Below, in pieces: positions 27,229 through 35,810 of a stretch of 64,000 bases of DNA (position 1 is the first letter of the stretch; the number at the start of each line of letters is the position of its first letter). The notes below the pieces were generated by a model. It worked only from the letters and a program-made list of their open reading frames with translations. It made no database searches and had not been told where the DNA came from. Origin of the DNA: a virus. Taxonomy: Duplodnaviria; Heunggongvirae; Uroviricota; Caudoviricetes. The DNA is taken from positions 54,061-118,060 of IMG/VR virus record IMGVR_UViG_3300037280_000066. One strand, given 5' to 3'. The translations under genes and the position numbers were made by a program.

Positions 27229-29124
27229 TTAGTTTGTATCAATCCATATAGTATTTGTAGCAGGAGTTGCAGGGGCAACTGTACCTACTGAGAAATTACT
27301 ACTATCAATTATTTTCTTACTATTTATGTTTACCACACCAGTTCCCTTAGTAACAAAGTTAATACCAACGTTAGTATCTCCACCAGAAGCAGTAATTGTA
27401 GGATTGTTGGCAGTGATGTTATTGCTTATAGTTACTTCATTTACAGCACTTGCCACAGCCGTTAAAATAAAGATTTCATTGCCATTTGTATCCAAAATAC
27501 TTGTTCCAATCTTTGGACTTGTCAATGTCTTATTTGTCATTGTCTGAGCATCTGTATCCCCTATAATTGCCCCTGTTGGTGCATGTTTACCATCAAGTAA
27601 ATCTGCATCCAATCCTGATGTAGTTCCATCATTACCTTGATGCCAAACAGTATTACCACCTACAGTAAATGTTGTAGCTGTTAGAGATATTTGATTTGAA
27701 GTACTCACATCACCTACTGGTCTTAATAAAATTGTTTGGTCAGTTGAGTTAGAGCTTATAATTACAGTTCCTGTATCATTTGTTCTAATTTTACCAACTA
27801 ATGTTCCACCACCTGTATCAAATTCAATTGAAGGTGATGATTTTTTAATCCTATAATCTCCTGATGATTCAACCAATCCTGTTCCTTTTGGAACTAATCT
27901 GACATTAATATTAGTATCTCCACCAGTAGCCTGTATTTCAGGTGCTAAAGTTGCTATATTATTCTTAACAGTAATTTCATTGACTGCACTTACTGTTGGT
28001 GAAAATATAATCAATTCATTACTATTAGTATCTAAAATATTGGTGTTGATAATAGGATTTGTTAAAGTCTTGTTTGTTAGAGTCTGTGTATCTGAGATAC
28101 CTACTATAGCCCCTGTGGGTGCGTGTAAGCCATCCAACATATCAGCATTCAAATTTGTACACACTGTTGTTGAAGTTACGTCTATGGGCTTTGTACCAAT
28201 TGCTAGTTTAGACCTCAACACTTTATCTGTTGTAATATCTTCAAGAGAATAGATACCCATATCACAAGTTAACTCTTTATTAGAATATCCACCAGGGATT
28301 GACCCTGCTGTATTTGGAGTCATTAATGACCATCCAGTAGTATTTAATAAATCAACTGAATATGTTATTGCTAAAGCAGTAGGATTATATACTTCCACAT
28401 AAGCATAATTCCCTGTTGGAGTTGCAGATTGATACACTACTCTTACCTTTGTTAAACCCAAAGTATAATTAGTAGATGTAAAACCTAACTGATTCATTCC
28501 TGTTGCGTTATCTACACCATTCTGAGAACTGGCTAATAAATAAACTCTACCCATTACCCCTGTTCCAGAAAAATCTATCTTAAAAGTTCCACTATTACTC
28601 CCAATGTTTATAGCAGATGTTGCAACTCTATACCAACCAATGGTTGCAGGAGTTGTGGCAGACATTGTTGAGAATGGAACTAAATCTGATAAATGTTTAC
28701 CATCTAATGTGTCAGCATCTAATCCACTACCAGTTCCATCATTTGATGAATTCCACATTTCTGACCATGAACCCCATGCTCCTGATTGTTTTGCTCTAAA
28801 AAACATTCTATTACTATTATATGCCATACATGTTTGTTTAGCATAGTTAGTATCTGTAGGATATGCTTCATGTAAAACATAAGAATTTGTAGGTGAAGAT
28901 GCTAAATTAGTATAATTACTACTAACATAATAAAATCCTGATTTTACTATATTATCAACTCCTGTTGTCCAAGCAGTTGTTCCTTGAGCATTATCACCAT
29001 ATATCATTCTTGCACTTTCTATGCTATCTAACATATCAGCATTTAATCCTGAGTTAGCTCCATGATTACCACTATGCCAGATAACATTTCCACCAACTGA
29101 TGAACCCTTTTTTAAATCAGCCAT
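27229..29124 (-). CDS. tail fibre protein (pyocin-knob-like domain, LDADxLDG repeats)
   Basis: LNADMLD/LDADTLDG x4, SGFYYV...YAKQT...FRAKQSGAWGSW knob, duplicated TLTNKTLT...GGDTN segment. Confidence 0.75.
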   Translation of the reverse strand: MADLKKGSSVGGNVIWHSGNHGANSGLNADMLDSIESARMIYGDNAQGTTAWTTGVDNIVKSGFYYVSSNYTNLASSPTNSYVLHEAYPTDTNYAKQTCMAYNSNRMFFRAKQSGAWGSWSEMWNSSNDGTGSGLDADTLDGKHLSDLVPFSTMSATTPATIGWYRVATSAINIGSNSGTFKIDFSGTGVMGRVYLLASSQNGVDNATGMNQLGFTSTNYTLGLTKVRVVYQSATPTGNYAYVEVYNPTALAITYSVDLLNTTGWSLMTPNTAGSIPGGYSNKELTCDMGIYSLEDITTDKVLRSKLAIGTKPIDVTSTTVCTNLNADMLDGLHAPTGAIVGISDTQTLTNKTLTNPIINTNILDTNSNELIIFSPTVSAVNEITVKNNIATLAPEIQATGGDTNINVRLVPKGTGLVESSGDYRIKKSSPSIEFDTGGGTLVGKIRTNDTGTVIISSNSTDQTILLRPVGDVSTSNQISLTATTFTVGGNTVWHQGNDGTTSGLDADLLDGKHAPTGAIIGDTDAQTMTNKTLTSPKIGTSILDTNGNEIFILTAVASAVNEVTISNNITANNPTITASGGDTNVGINFVTKGTGVVNINSKKIIDSSNFSVGTVAPATPATNTIWIDTN

Positions 29125-31742
29125 TAAACACTCACTCCTTCCCTAAAATTACTCACTACTATTTTATCTTTCATTATTCTAAATGGATTTATTTTATTTA
29201 TCTCAGGATATGCAAAATTTATTGTTGAAGATGTACCAGAATTGTAAAAATTCAATAATCTAAATTTACCATACGCTGTATTAGATGGCATTTTAAAGAT
29301 TTGATATCCTTCTATTAAAAAATTGTTTAACCATTCATTTCTAAATTTTAAGCTATCATTAACAATATCAAACCAACTTGGCAATAAATATCCTTTAACT
29401 TGATACCATTTATTGTATTTTAATCTATATGGAGAAGTTGTAATATCAGTATTTGCAACTACATAAAAATAGACATTATTATTTCCATTTGTAACACCAT
29501 TTTGAGTAACACATAGATTACTAATATTAGTCATTCCACTATCAAACACATGATAACCAAAATAAAATTGTCCATTTATTTTACTTGGAGAAGTCATCCA
29601 CACAGAAAATTCATAACAACTATTTGGGTCTAAAGTTACTGTTGGTGAACCAATTTCAGCATCACCAGTTGATGTTATATTCCAAGATGTACAGTTTGAA
29701 CCATTAATAAATGCTTTACTTTCAGTATTTCCCACACCACTAAAACTTGTAAAAATAGGAGAAATTAAGTTTTGTGTTGAATTTGCTGAATTAATAGATT
29801 GAGTTAAATTCATTGATGTTGTTGGAATATCTATAATCTCAGAACATGTTATTGTACCATCTCCTGCAACATTCATAGAATCTCTTGCAATAGATAAAAA
29901 TTCTGTTCCTGTTATAAGTCTATTATATATACCAACATTAGAGAAAATACCATTTGCACTCATAGAAGTATCACCACCAATATTAAAATTTGTCAAATTG
30001 GTGAATCCATCATATGACACCACACCACTTAATTCTTGTTTTAATAATACCTCAGATGTTGTACCATCATAAGCCCAAAATGATATCTTATTACCTGTAG
30101 AAGTCCAACCTACACCCAACCATAAATCATGATTGATTCTTGCATTTATACCTGTTACAGATGCAGTTGCACATACAACTTGTGTTGTTCCATCTTGAAA
30201 TGTATAATCAAGATTATCATAACTACCATATTCTGCACTTCTTCTTATAGCAACATAATTATTAGTTATAGGTGTTGCTTCAATTCCCATACCTAATATT
30301 ACACTTTTTGTTCCATATGTAGCAGAAGTTGTAGGAATATACTTAAACACTACTGACCTATCATTACCACCACCTGTTTCACAACTCCAATGATTTGGTA
30401 ATTTTAAATACCCACTTGAACTTCTTGTACCATTAATAAATCCTGTTCCATAAGAAGCTTTTTCAAACTGAACAAAATCAACTCTGTATTTTGTTCCTGC
30501 TTTAACACCACCAAATCCTAAATAAAAATGTCTTCCTGTAACATCAGTAGCAGGTGAAGTTGTCGTAAATGATTGAGTTTTCCAATCTTGAGGATATAAT
30601 ACTGTTCCAGTTTGTAATATATAGTCTGATGGTGTTGTAGGTGTTGCTCCTGTTCTATGCCAATGACTCCAAACACCTATAGTATTTCTAGAATTTGAAG
30701 ATAAAGTATTATCTTCACATTGCATTATTTTATAACGAATAGTAAAAGTAAAAGGTGTTGATGTATCTGTAAATAATAAATTACTTGATAATATAAGTGC
30801 AGTATTCCAATCAACAACATCTGTTAATGTTTCTAATTCTAAACAAATACCATTTGTTGAATCAGGGTCAAAAACTATACTTCTTTTATATGTTGAATCT
30901 GTAGTATATGAAGATTTACTAAAATTAGAAAATCCACAATCTCCCCAAAGACCAGAATTTACAGCTAATAGATTAGTTCTAGGCTCATAACAATTCAAAC
31001 CTTGTTCATTAAATTCACCAGTTACAGTTATATTTCCCCTAGATAATCCTAGAACATATTCATATCCTGCTTTTAAGTAAGCAAGACCAAAGTTTCTATC
31101 CCCATCTTGGTCAAAAAATAATGCCGCTCCTGATACAGGAGATGTATAAATATAACCCATAATTAGATTTGTATCTGCTCTACGATAATATGGTTTACAA
31201 TCAGCAATTAATCCTGAAATTCCACCATTTACATCTACACTTCCACTTCCTGCTACATTTGTATATGATATAGTTGGAACTAAAGTATCAGGGTCTATGT
31301 TTATATCATGATTTGCACCTGTACCACCAGTGTATGCAGTAACAAAACAACTTGTATTAGTATCATTTCCTGTAGCAATAACAGATACACCTGCATCAAC
31401 GATATCTTTTAATTTCTGCATGTGTTGAGCAGTTAAACCCCACACACAAGCATCTGCTACAACTAAGTCATATTGTTGTGCTTGAACTGTTGTAACAGCA
31501 TTAATATCAGGAGCATTTGTTACTATACAATTTGCATTAAACCAATCATACATATAGTGATTAACATTATTATAAAATCCTAAAACTTTTACCTTACTCC
31601 ATATTTTTGCATGATGATTTAAACTTCCATCTAAAGGCAAGTGGGCAATTAGCCCACTCGTCACAGGAGGTTTTCTTTCACTTACAGAATTCAATAATTG
31701 CAATTCCATATCTTTAATTTTGCCAACTTTTAAATTAGCCAT
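29124..31742 (-). CDS. tail-associated protein with LamG/concanavalin-like and CBM-like domains
   Basis: GLIAHLPLDGS, GIFSNVGIYNRLIT (LamG-like), VQFEK..YGT.FING.R. Located among fibre genes. Confidence 0.6.
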   Translation of the reverse strand: MANLKVGKIKDMELQLLNSVSERKPPVTSGLIAHLPLDGSLNHHAKIWSKVKVLGFYNNVNHYMYDWFNANCIVTNAPDINAVTTVQAQQYDLVVADACVWGLTAQHMQKLKDIVDAGVSVIATGNDTNTSCFVTAYTGGTGANHDINIDPDTLVPTISYTNVAGSGSVDVNGGISGLIADCKPYYRRADTNLIMGYIYTSPVSGAALFFDQDGDRNFGLAYLKAGYEYVLGLSRGNITVTGEFNEQGLNCYEPRTNLLAVNSGLWGDCGFSNFSKSSYTTDSTYKRSIVFDPDSTNGICLELETLTDVVDWNTALILSSNLLFTDTSTPFTFTIRYKIMQCEDNTLSSNSRNTIGVWSHWHRTGATPTTPSDYILQTGTVLYPQDWKTQSFTTTSPATDVTGRHFYLGFGGVKAGTKYRVDFVQFEKASYGTGFINGTRSSSGYLKLPNHWSCETGGGNDRSVVFKYIPTTSATYGTKSVILGMGIEATPITNNYVAIRRSAEYGSYDNLDYTFQDGTTQVVCATASVTGINARINHDLWLGVGWTSTGNKISFWAYDGTTSEVLLKQELSGVVSYDGFTNLTNFNIGGDTSMSANGIFSNVGIYNRLITGTEFLSIARDSMNVAGDGTITCSEIIDIPTTSMNLTQSINSANSTQNLISPIFTSFSGVGNTESKAFINGSNCTSWNITSTGDAEIGSPTVTLDPNSCYEFSVWMTSPSKINGQFYFGYHVFDSGMTNISNLCVTQNGVTNGNNNVYFYVVANTDITTSPYRLKYNKWYQVKGYLLPSWFDIVNDSLKFRNEWLNNFLIEGYQIFKMPSNTAYGKFRLLNFYNSGTSSTINFAYPEINKINPFRIMKDKIVVSNFREGVSV

Positions 31743-31756
31743 ATATTATCCTCCTT

Positions 31757-34700
31757 TTATCCTGTAAAGATGATATCTAAACTCTTATCTGTTGTGTTAC
31801 CTTGAAGTAAATAATTACCCATAGATATACCACCACTTATTTTTACTGTACCTGTTCCTTTTGGTGTAATAGCTAAATCTATATTAGTATCTCCACCACT
31901 TGCCTGTATTTCAGGTGCATTTGCAGTGATGTTATTTTTTATAGTAATCTCATTTACTGCACTCGCAGTTTGAACAAACTTAATAAGCTCATTACTATTA
32001 GCATCATTAATAAATGATGTTGCAGGTAACATGATTCCAGTATCTATTATTCTCATTCTTTCATTAGCAGTTAATGTTCCACCAGTAAAGAATTTCAATG
32101 TTTTAGTTGCCAACGCTGTACCAATTGCTAAATGACTATTACTTGTATATAGATAACCATCTAAAGCTCCTGAAATAGTAAATGTTGAATCACTATAACC
32201 AGAACTATTAATACCCATATCAATATAGTTTGTAGTATCATTACCAGTATCTGCTGTAACAACAAAGTCACCAGATGAAGGTGTTGCTGAACTTAAATTC
32301 TGAATATGTGCTTGAACATATCCTATAGCATTACCATTCATTGCTAATGGATTATTTGGTAAAAATGTTGGTGTTGAACCTAATCCAAGAGATGTAGTTA
32401 ACATCTTACCAGTTGCATCTATTGAAGCTACAGATTTCTTTATTATTTTACCACTAGTACCTGATTCAACAATAATTTGTCCATCTACAGCAACAGTATC
32501 AGCACTAATAACAGCACCATCTATATTGGTTTGGATAACATTCCATTTAGTACCAACTGTAGCTTGGTCACCTGCTGATGTTCCATCAGTATTACACATG
32601 ATAAGGTCATTAATTTCAACAACAGCACCACTTGCACCACCAATTTTACCTGCAACACTCACTCTATAAATTTCTCCTGCATTACCTACTGGATAATTAG
32701 GATTAGTTGAACAATCTAGTATTCCCTTATACTGCATAGCATCAGCACTTCCAAGAATAGCATTGATTGCAGTTTGAGTTTTAGAAGCACTCCATATATC
32801 ATTTACAGTAGTTCCTGCATCATTAAATATCTTACCACTATCAATAGGTATACCAGAAGCATCTCTTGTTACAATATTGTTAGTTGTACCACCAGTAATG
32901 TTTAAGAAAATTGTTCCACTCTTATCAGGAATAGTCAATGTTCTAGTTGTTCCTGTTGTTACACCACTAACTTCAAACAATAACTTTTTAGTAGCATCTA
33001 CATTATCAACTATGAATGTAGAAGAATCTGCAAAAGATTTATTGAATAATGTTTGAGTACCATTAGTAGTAGCAATAGGATAATAATTTTGTGTTGAATC
33101 TGCTTTCAATACCATACTTCCTGTTGGGTCTACAGTTGTTCCAGTAGATGTATTAGTATAAGTCCATGTTATTGTGCTATTAATATGATGATGTTTTGGC
33201 ACAAAACTAGATTGATTCCAATCACTATTTCTCTTATAATAAAGTTTAGCAATTTTTGGTAATGTTGGTGTTGCATTGTCAATAAATACTAAAGCAAAAT
33301 AATCCTCAGCATTTAATTGTGTTCCTCTCAAAGACATTGATTGATATCCCCATCCTGTAGCTGTAGAAGTAATTTCTCCTGATATCCAAAGTTCTGCATT
33401 TTGAGGTGTTTGACCACGTTTAGATAATTGAAATACTGCTTGGAAATCACCATATTGAGTTATACCTGACCAATTACATATTTCATACCAAATATTAGTT
33501 GTTGCAGTATTTGATACCCCTAATGCATACTCATTATCTCCTGATTTATATTGAAAATCAACAGCATGTTTATTATCAACTGTATCTGCATTTGTAGATA
33601 AACCACTTAATACTGTCCAATATGATGCATTTGGAGGTGTTTGATTCAAGTTAGGTGTAGAACAAACATAAGATACATTACTTAAAGATACAACATTATT
33701 TGTAACATAACTAGTAACAGCACTCCAATTTCCTGTAAATGTTAAATTACTACCTGCTTGTCCAACTAATTTCCAATAAGTTGTATTTGTTGGTAAGTTG
33801 TTTGTAGATGCTAAAATACACATAAAACTAGAACCTTGATATGCAACAATATTTCTTATCTGATAAGCTGTAGCACCTGCATAATCACCCATATGAACTA
33901 AATTATTCATAGAAGTTTGTCTTCCAGTTTCTGCTGTATTTCTACCAGTTTCTGCTGTAACTCTAAGTCCTTCTGCTGTTACCCTTGCACTTTCAGCACT
34001 AACCCTAAGACCTTCTGCTGTAACTCTTCCTGATTCTGCTGTTCCTCTATTGGTTTCGTTAGTTCCTCTAGTAGTTTCATTACTAACTCTAGTAGACTCA
34101 GCATTAACCCTTCCAGTTTCAGCAGTTACACGATTTCCCTCAACTGTTACTCTTGATGATTCTGCTGTAGTTCTTCCAGTTTCGTTAGTTCCTCTAGTAG
34201 TCTCATTTGTTCCCCTAGTAGTCTCAGCACTAACTCTTAAACCTTCTGCTGTTGACCTTCCTGACTCAGCAGTAACCCTTGCACCTTCAACAGTAACCCT
34301 ACTTGATTCTGCTGTGACTCTTAAGCCCTCTGCTGTAGTTCTACTTGTTTCGTTAGTTCCTCTGGTTGTTTCAGCACTTGTTCTAGTACCTTCTGCTGTT
34401 ACTCTACCAGATTCAGCAGTTACCCTAAGACCTTCTGCTGTTGTTCTACCTGTTTCGTTTGTTCCTCTAGTAGTCTCATTACCAACTCTAGTTGTTTCTG
34501 CTCCTGTTCTTCCAGACTCAGCAGTAACTCTTCCAGATTCAGCAGTTACCCTTAAGCCCTCTGCTGTCCCTCTAGCAGTTTCATTTGTTCCCCTTGTAGT
34601 TTCATTAGTTCCTCTAGTAGACTCAGCAGAAACTCTTCCAGACTCTGCTGTGACCCTTCCAGATTCTACAGTAACTCTACTTGACTCAGCATTAACTCTT

Positions 34701-35587
34701 CCTGTTTCAGCAGTAACCCTTGCAGATTCTACACCTACTCTTGAACTTTCAGCAGTTACCCTTGCAGATTCAGTAGAAACTCTTCCAGATTCTGCTGTAA
34801 CTCTTGCACTTTCTACAGTAACTCTTGAACTTTCAGCAGTTACTCTTAATGCTTCTGCATCATATATAGATTTAAAATCCACTAATTTATCCCAATATGT
34901 TACATTTGTTGGAATTGTTCCAATAGTAGGTTTAGCAATACAAGTATATTTTGATTTAGTTGCATCATACCAAACAACATCATTCATATAATATTGGGTG
35001 CTACCACTATAATCACCCATTTCATTATATCCTGATGCCATAACTCTCCATGTGTTAATATCTGTAGGATACGCTCCAATTGTAGTATCAACACTGCACA
35101 TATATGTTGAACCATTATAATAAACAATGTTGTTTTTTACATATGCTTGAGTATTATTATATACACCCTTATAATCATATGTAGCAAGAATACTAACTTG
35201 TTCTTGTAAGGTAGATTCAATTGATGCTCCACTATCACTAAGTTTTGTATATATTCTACTTGCAGGGTACATCATCATACCTTTTTTATAATAGTTAAAA
35301 GTTAATACTGATGCTTCTAAACTAGGGTGAAGATATACAAACCCAATAGAATAATCTACTTTATATTGACTTGGACTTATAATTGCATCATTGATTGATA
35401 TTTCTACAGTTGGAGTGCTTCCACTTTGAAAAGTAACTTTATAAAACTGGTCAGGAATATAATCTAAGACTATCTTATTATCTGCAACTTGTTTCTGTTC
35501 ATTATTTACTGGTAATGATATTTTATTACCATCATCATCTTTTAACCAATCAACATAAATAGGATTACTTATATAATTAATATTCAT
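31757..35587 (-). CDS. long tail fibre with 7-residue AESxRVT coiled-coil repeat stalk
   Basis: Anchor domain shared with 18138..21350, CBM5/12-like repeats, long RVTAE/RGTNE heptad run, C-terminal GGDTN segment shared with 27229..29124. Confidence 0.8.
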   Translation of the reverse strand: MNINYISNPIYVDWLKDDDGNKISLPVNNEQKQVADNKIVLDYIPDQFYKVTFQSGSTPTVEISINDAIISPSQYKVDYSIGFVYLHPSLEASVLTFNYYKKGMMMYPASRIYTKLSDSGASIESTLQEQVSILATYDYKGVYNNTQAYVKNNIVYYNGSTYMCSVDTTIGAYPTDINTWRVMASGYNEMGDYSGSTQYYMNDVVWYDATKSKYTCIAKPTIGTIPTNVTYWDKLVDFKSIYDAEALRVTAESSRVTVESARVTAESGRVSTESARVTAESSRVGVESARVTAETGRVNAESSRVTVESGRVTAESGRVSAESTRGTNETTRGTNETARGTAEGLRVTAESGRVTAESGRTGAETTRVGNETTRGTNETGRTTAEGLRVTAESGRVTAEGTRTSAETTRGTNETSRTTAEGLRVTAESSRVTVEGARVTAESGRSTAEGLRVSAETTRGTNETTRGTNETGRTTAESSRVTVEGNRVTAETGRVNAESTRVSNETTRGTNETNRGTAESGRVTAEGLRVSAESARVTAEGLRVTAETGRNTAETGRQTSMNNLVHMGDYAGATAYQIRNIVAYQGSSFMCILASTNNLPTNTTYWKLVGQAGSNLTFTGNWSAVTSYVTNNVVSLSNVSYVCSTPNLNQTPPNASYWTVLSGLSTNADTVDNKHAVDFQYKSGDNEYALGVSNTATTNIWYEICNWSGITQYGDFQAVFQLSKRGQTPQNAELWISGEITSTATGWGYQSMSLRGTQLNAEDYFALVFIDNATPTLPKIAKLYYKRNSDWNQSSFVPKHHHINSTITWTYTNTSTGTTVDPTGSMVLKADSTQNYYPIATTNGTQTLFNKSFADSSTFIVDNVDATKKLLFEVSGVTTGTTRTLTIPDKSGTIFLNITGGTTNNIVTRDASGIPIDSGKIFNDAGTTVNDIWSASKTQTAINAILGSADAMQYKGILDCSTNPNYPVGNAGEIYRVSVAGKIGGASGAVVEINDLIMCNTDGTSAGDQATVGTKWNVIQTNIDGAVISADTVAVDGQIIVESGTSGKIIKKSVASIDATGKMLTTSLGLGSTPTFLPNNPLAMNGNAIGYVQAHIQNLSSATPSSGDFVVTADTGNDTTNYIDMGINSSGYSDSTFTISGALDGYLYTSNSHLAIGTALATKTLKFFTGGTLTANERMRIIDTGIMLPATSFINDANSNELIKFVQTASAVNEITIKNNITANAPEIQASGGDTNIDLAITPKGTGTVKISGGISMGNYLLQGNTTDKSLDIIFTG
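33915..34850 (-). repeat. 21-bp period coding repeat (RVTAESG / RGTNETT heptads)
   Basis: About 45 degenerate 7-aa units in the translation. Codons diverge synonymously at DNA level. Confidence 0.9.
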
Positions 35588-35622
35588 TTTTTAATCACCC
35601 CTTATTTTTTAAAAGAGAAGGA

Positions 35623-35787
35623 TTAACCTTCTCCATCTGTTTGTTGTTGCTGAGATTTTTGTACTGCTTGTTGGGTTTTGTATACTAATACATTATATGC
35701 AGGTACTTCCTTGCCTTTTAATTCAACCCTTTCAAGAAATACCATTAAGTTGTTTATTTCATCCATTGTTAATTCTAATTTTATCAT
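35623..35787 (-). CDS. small tail-associated protein (54 aa, not in ORF track)
   Basis: RBS AAGGAGG. Reads MIKLELTMDEINNLMVFLERVELKGKEVPAY...DGEG*. Confidence 0.6.
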   Translation of the reverse strand: MIKLELTMDEINNLMVFLERVELKGKEVPAYNVLVYKTQQAVQKSQQQQTDGEG

Positions 35788-35810
35788 TTTATTTTCCTCC
35801 TTTTATTCTT

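Noticed and set aside
34050-34991. 313-aa + strand ORF
   Set aside because: Antisense shadow of the 21-bp heptad repeat in the fibre gene; no RBS, and its composition mirrors the repeat.
18138-35587. Diversity-generating retroelement or invertible shufflon acting on fibre genes
   Set aside because: No reverse transcriptase, no template/variable repeat pair with A-specific mismatches, and the repeats found are direct rather than inverted.
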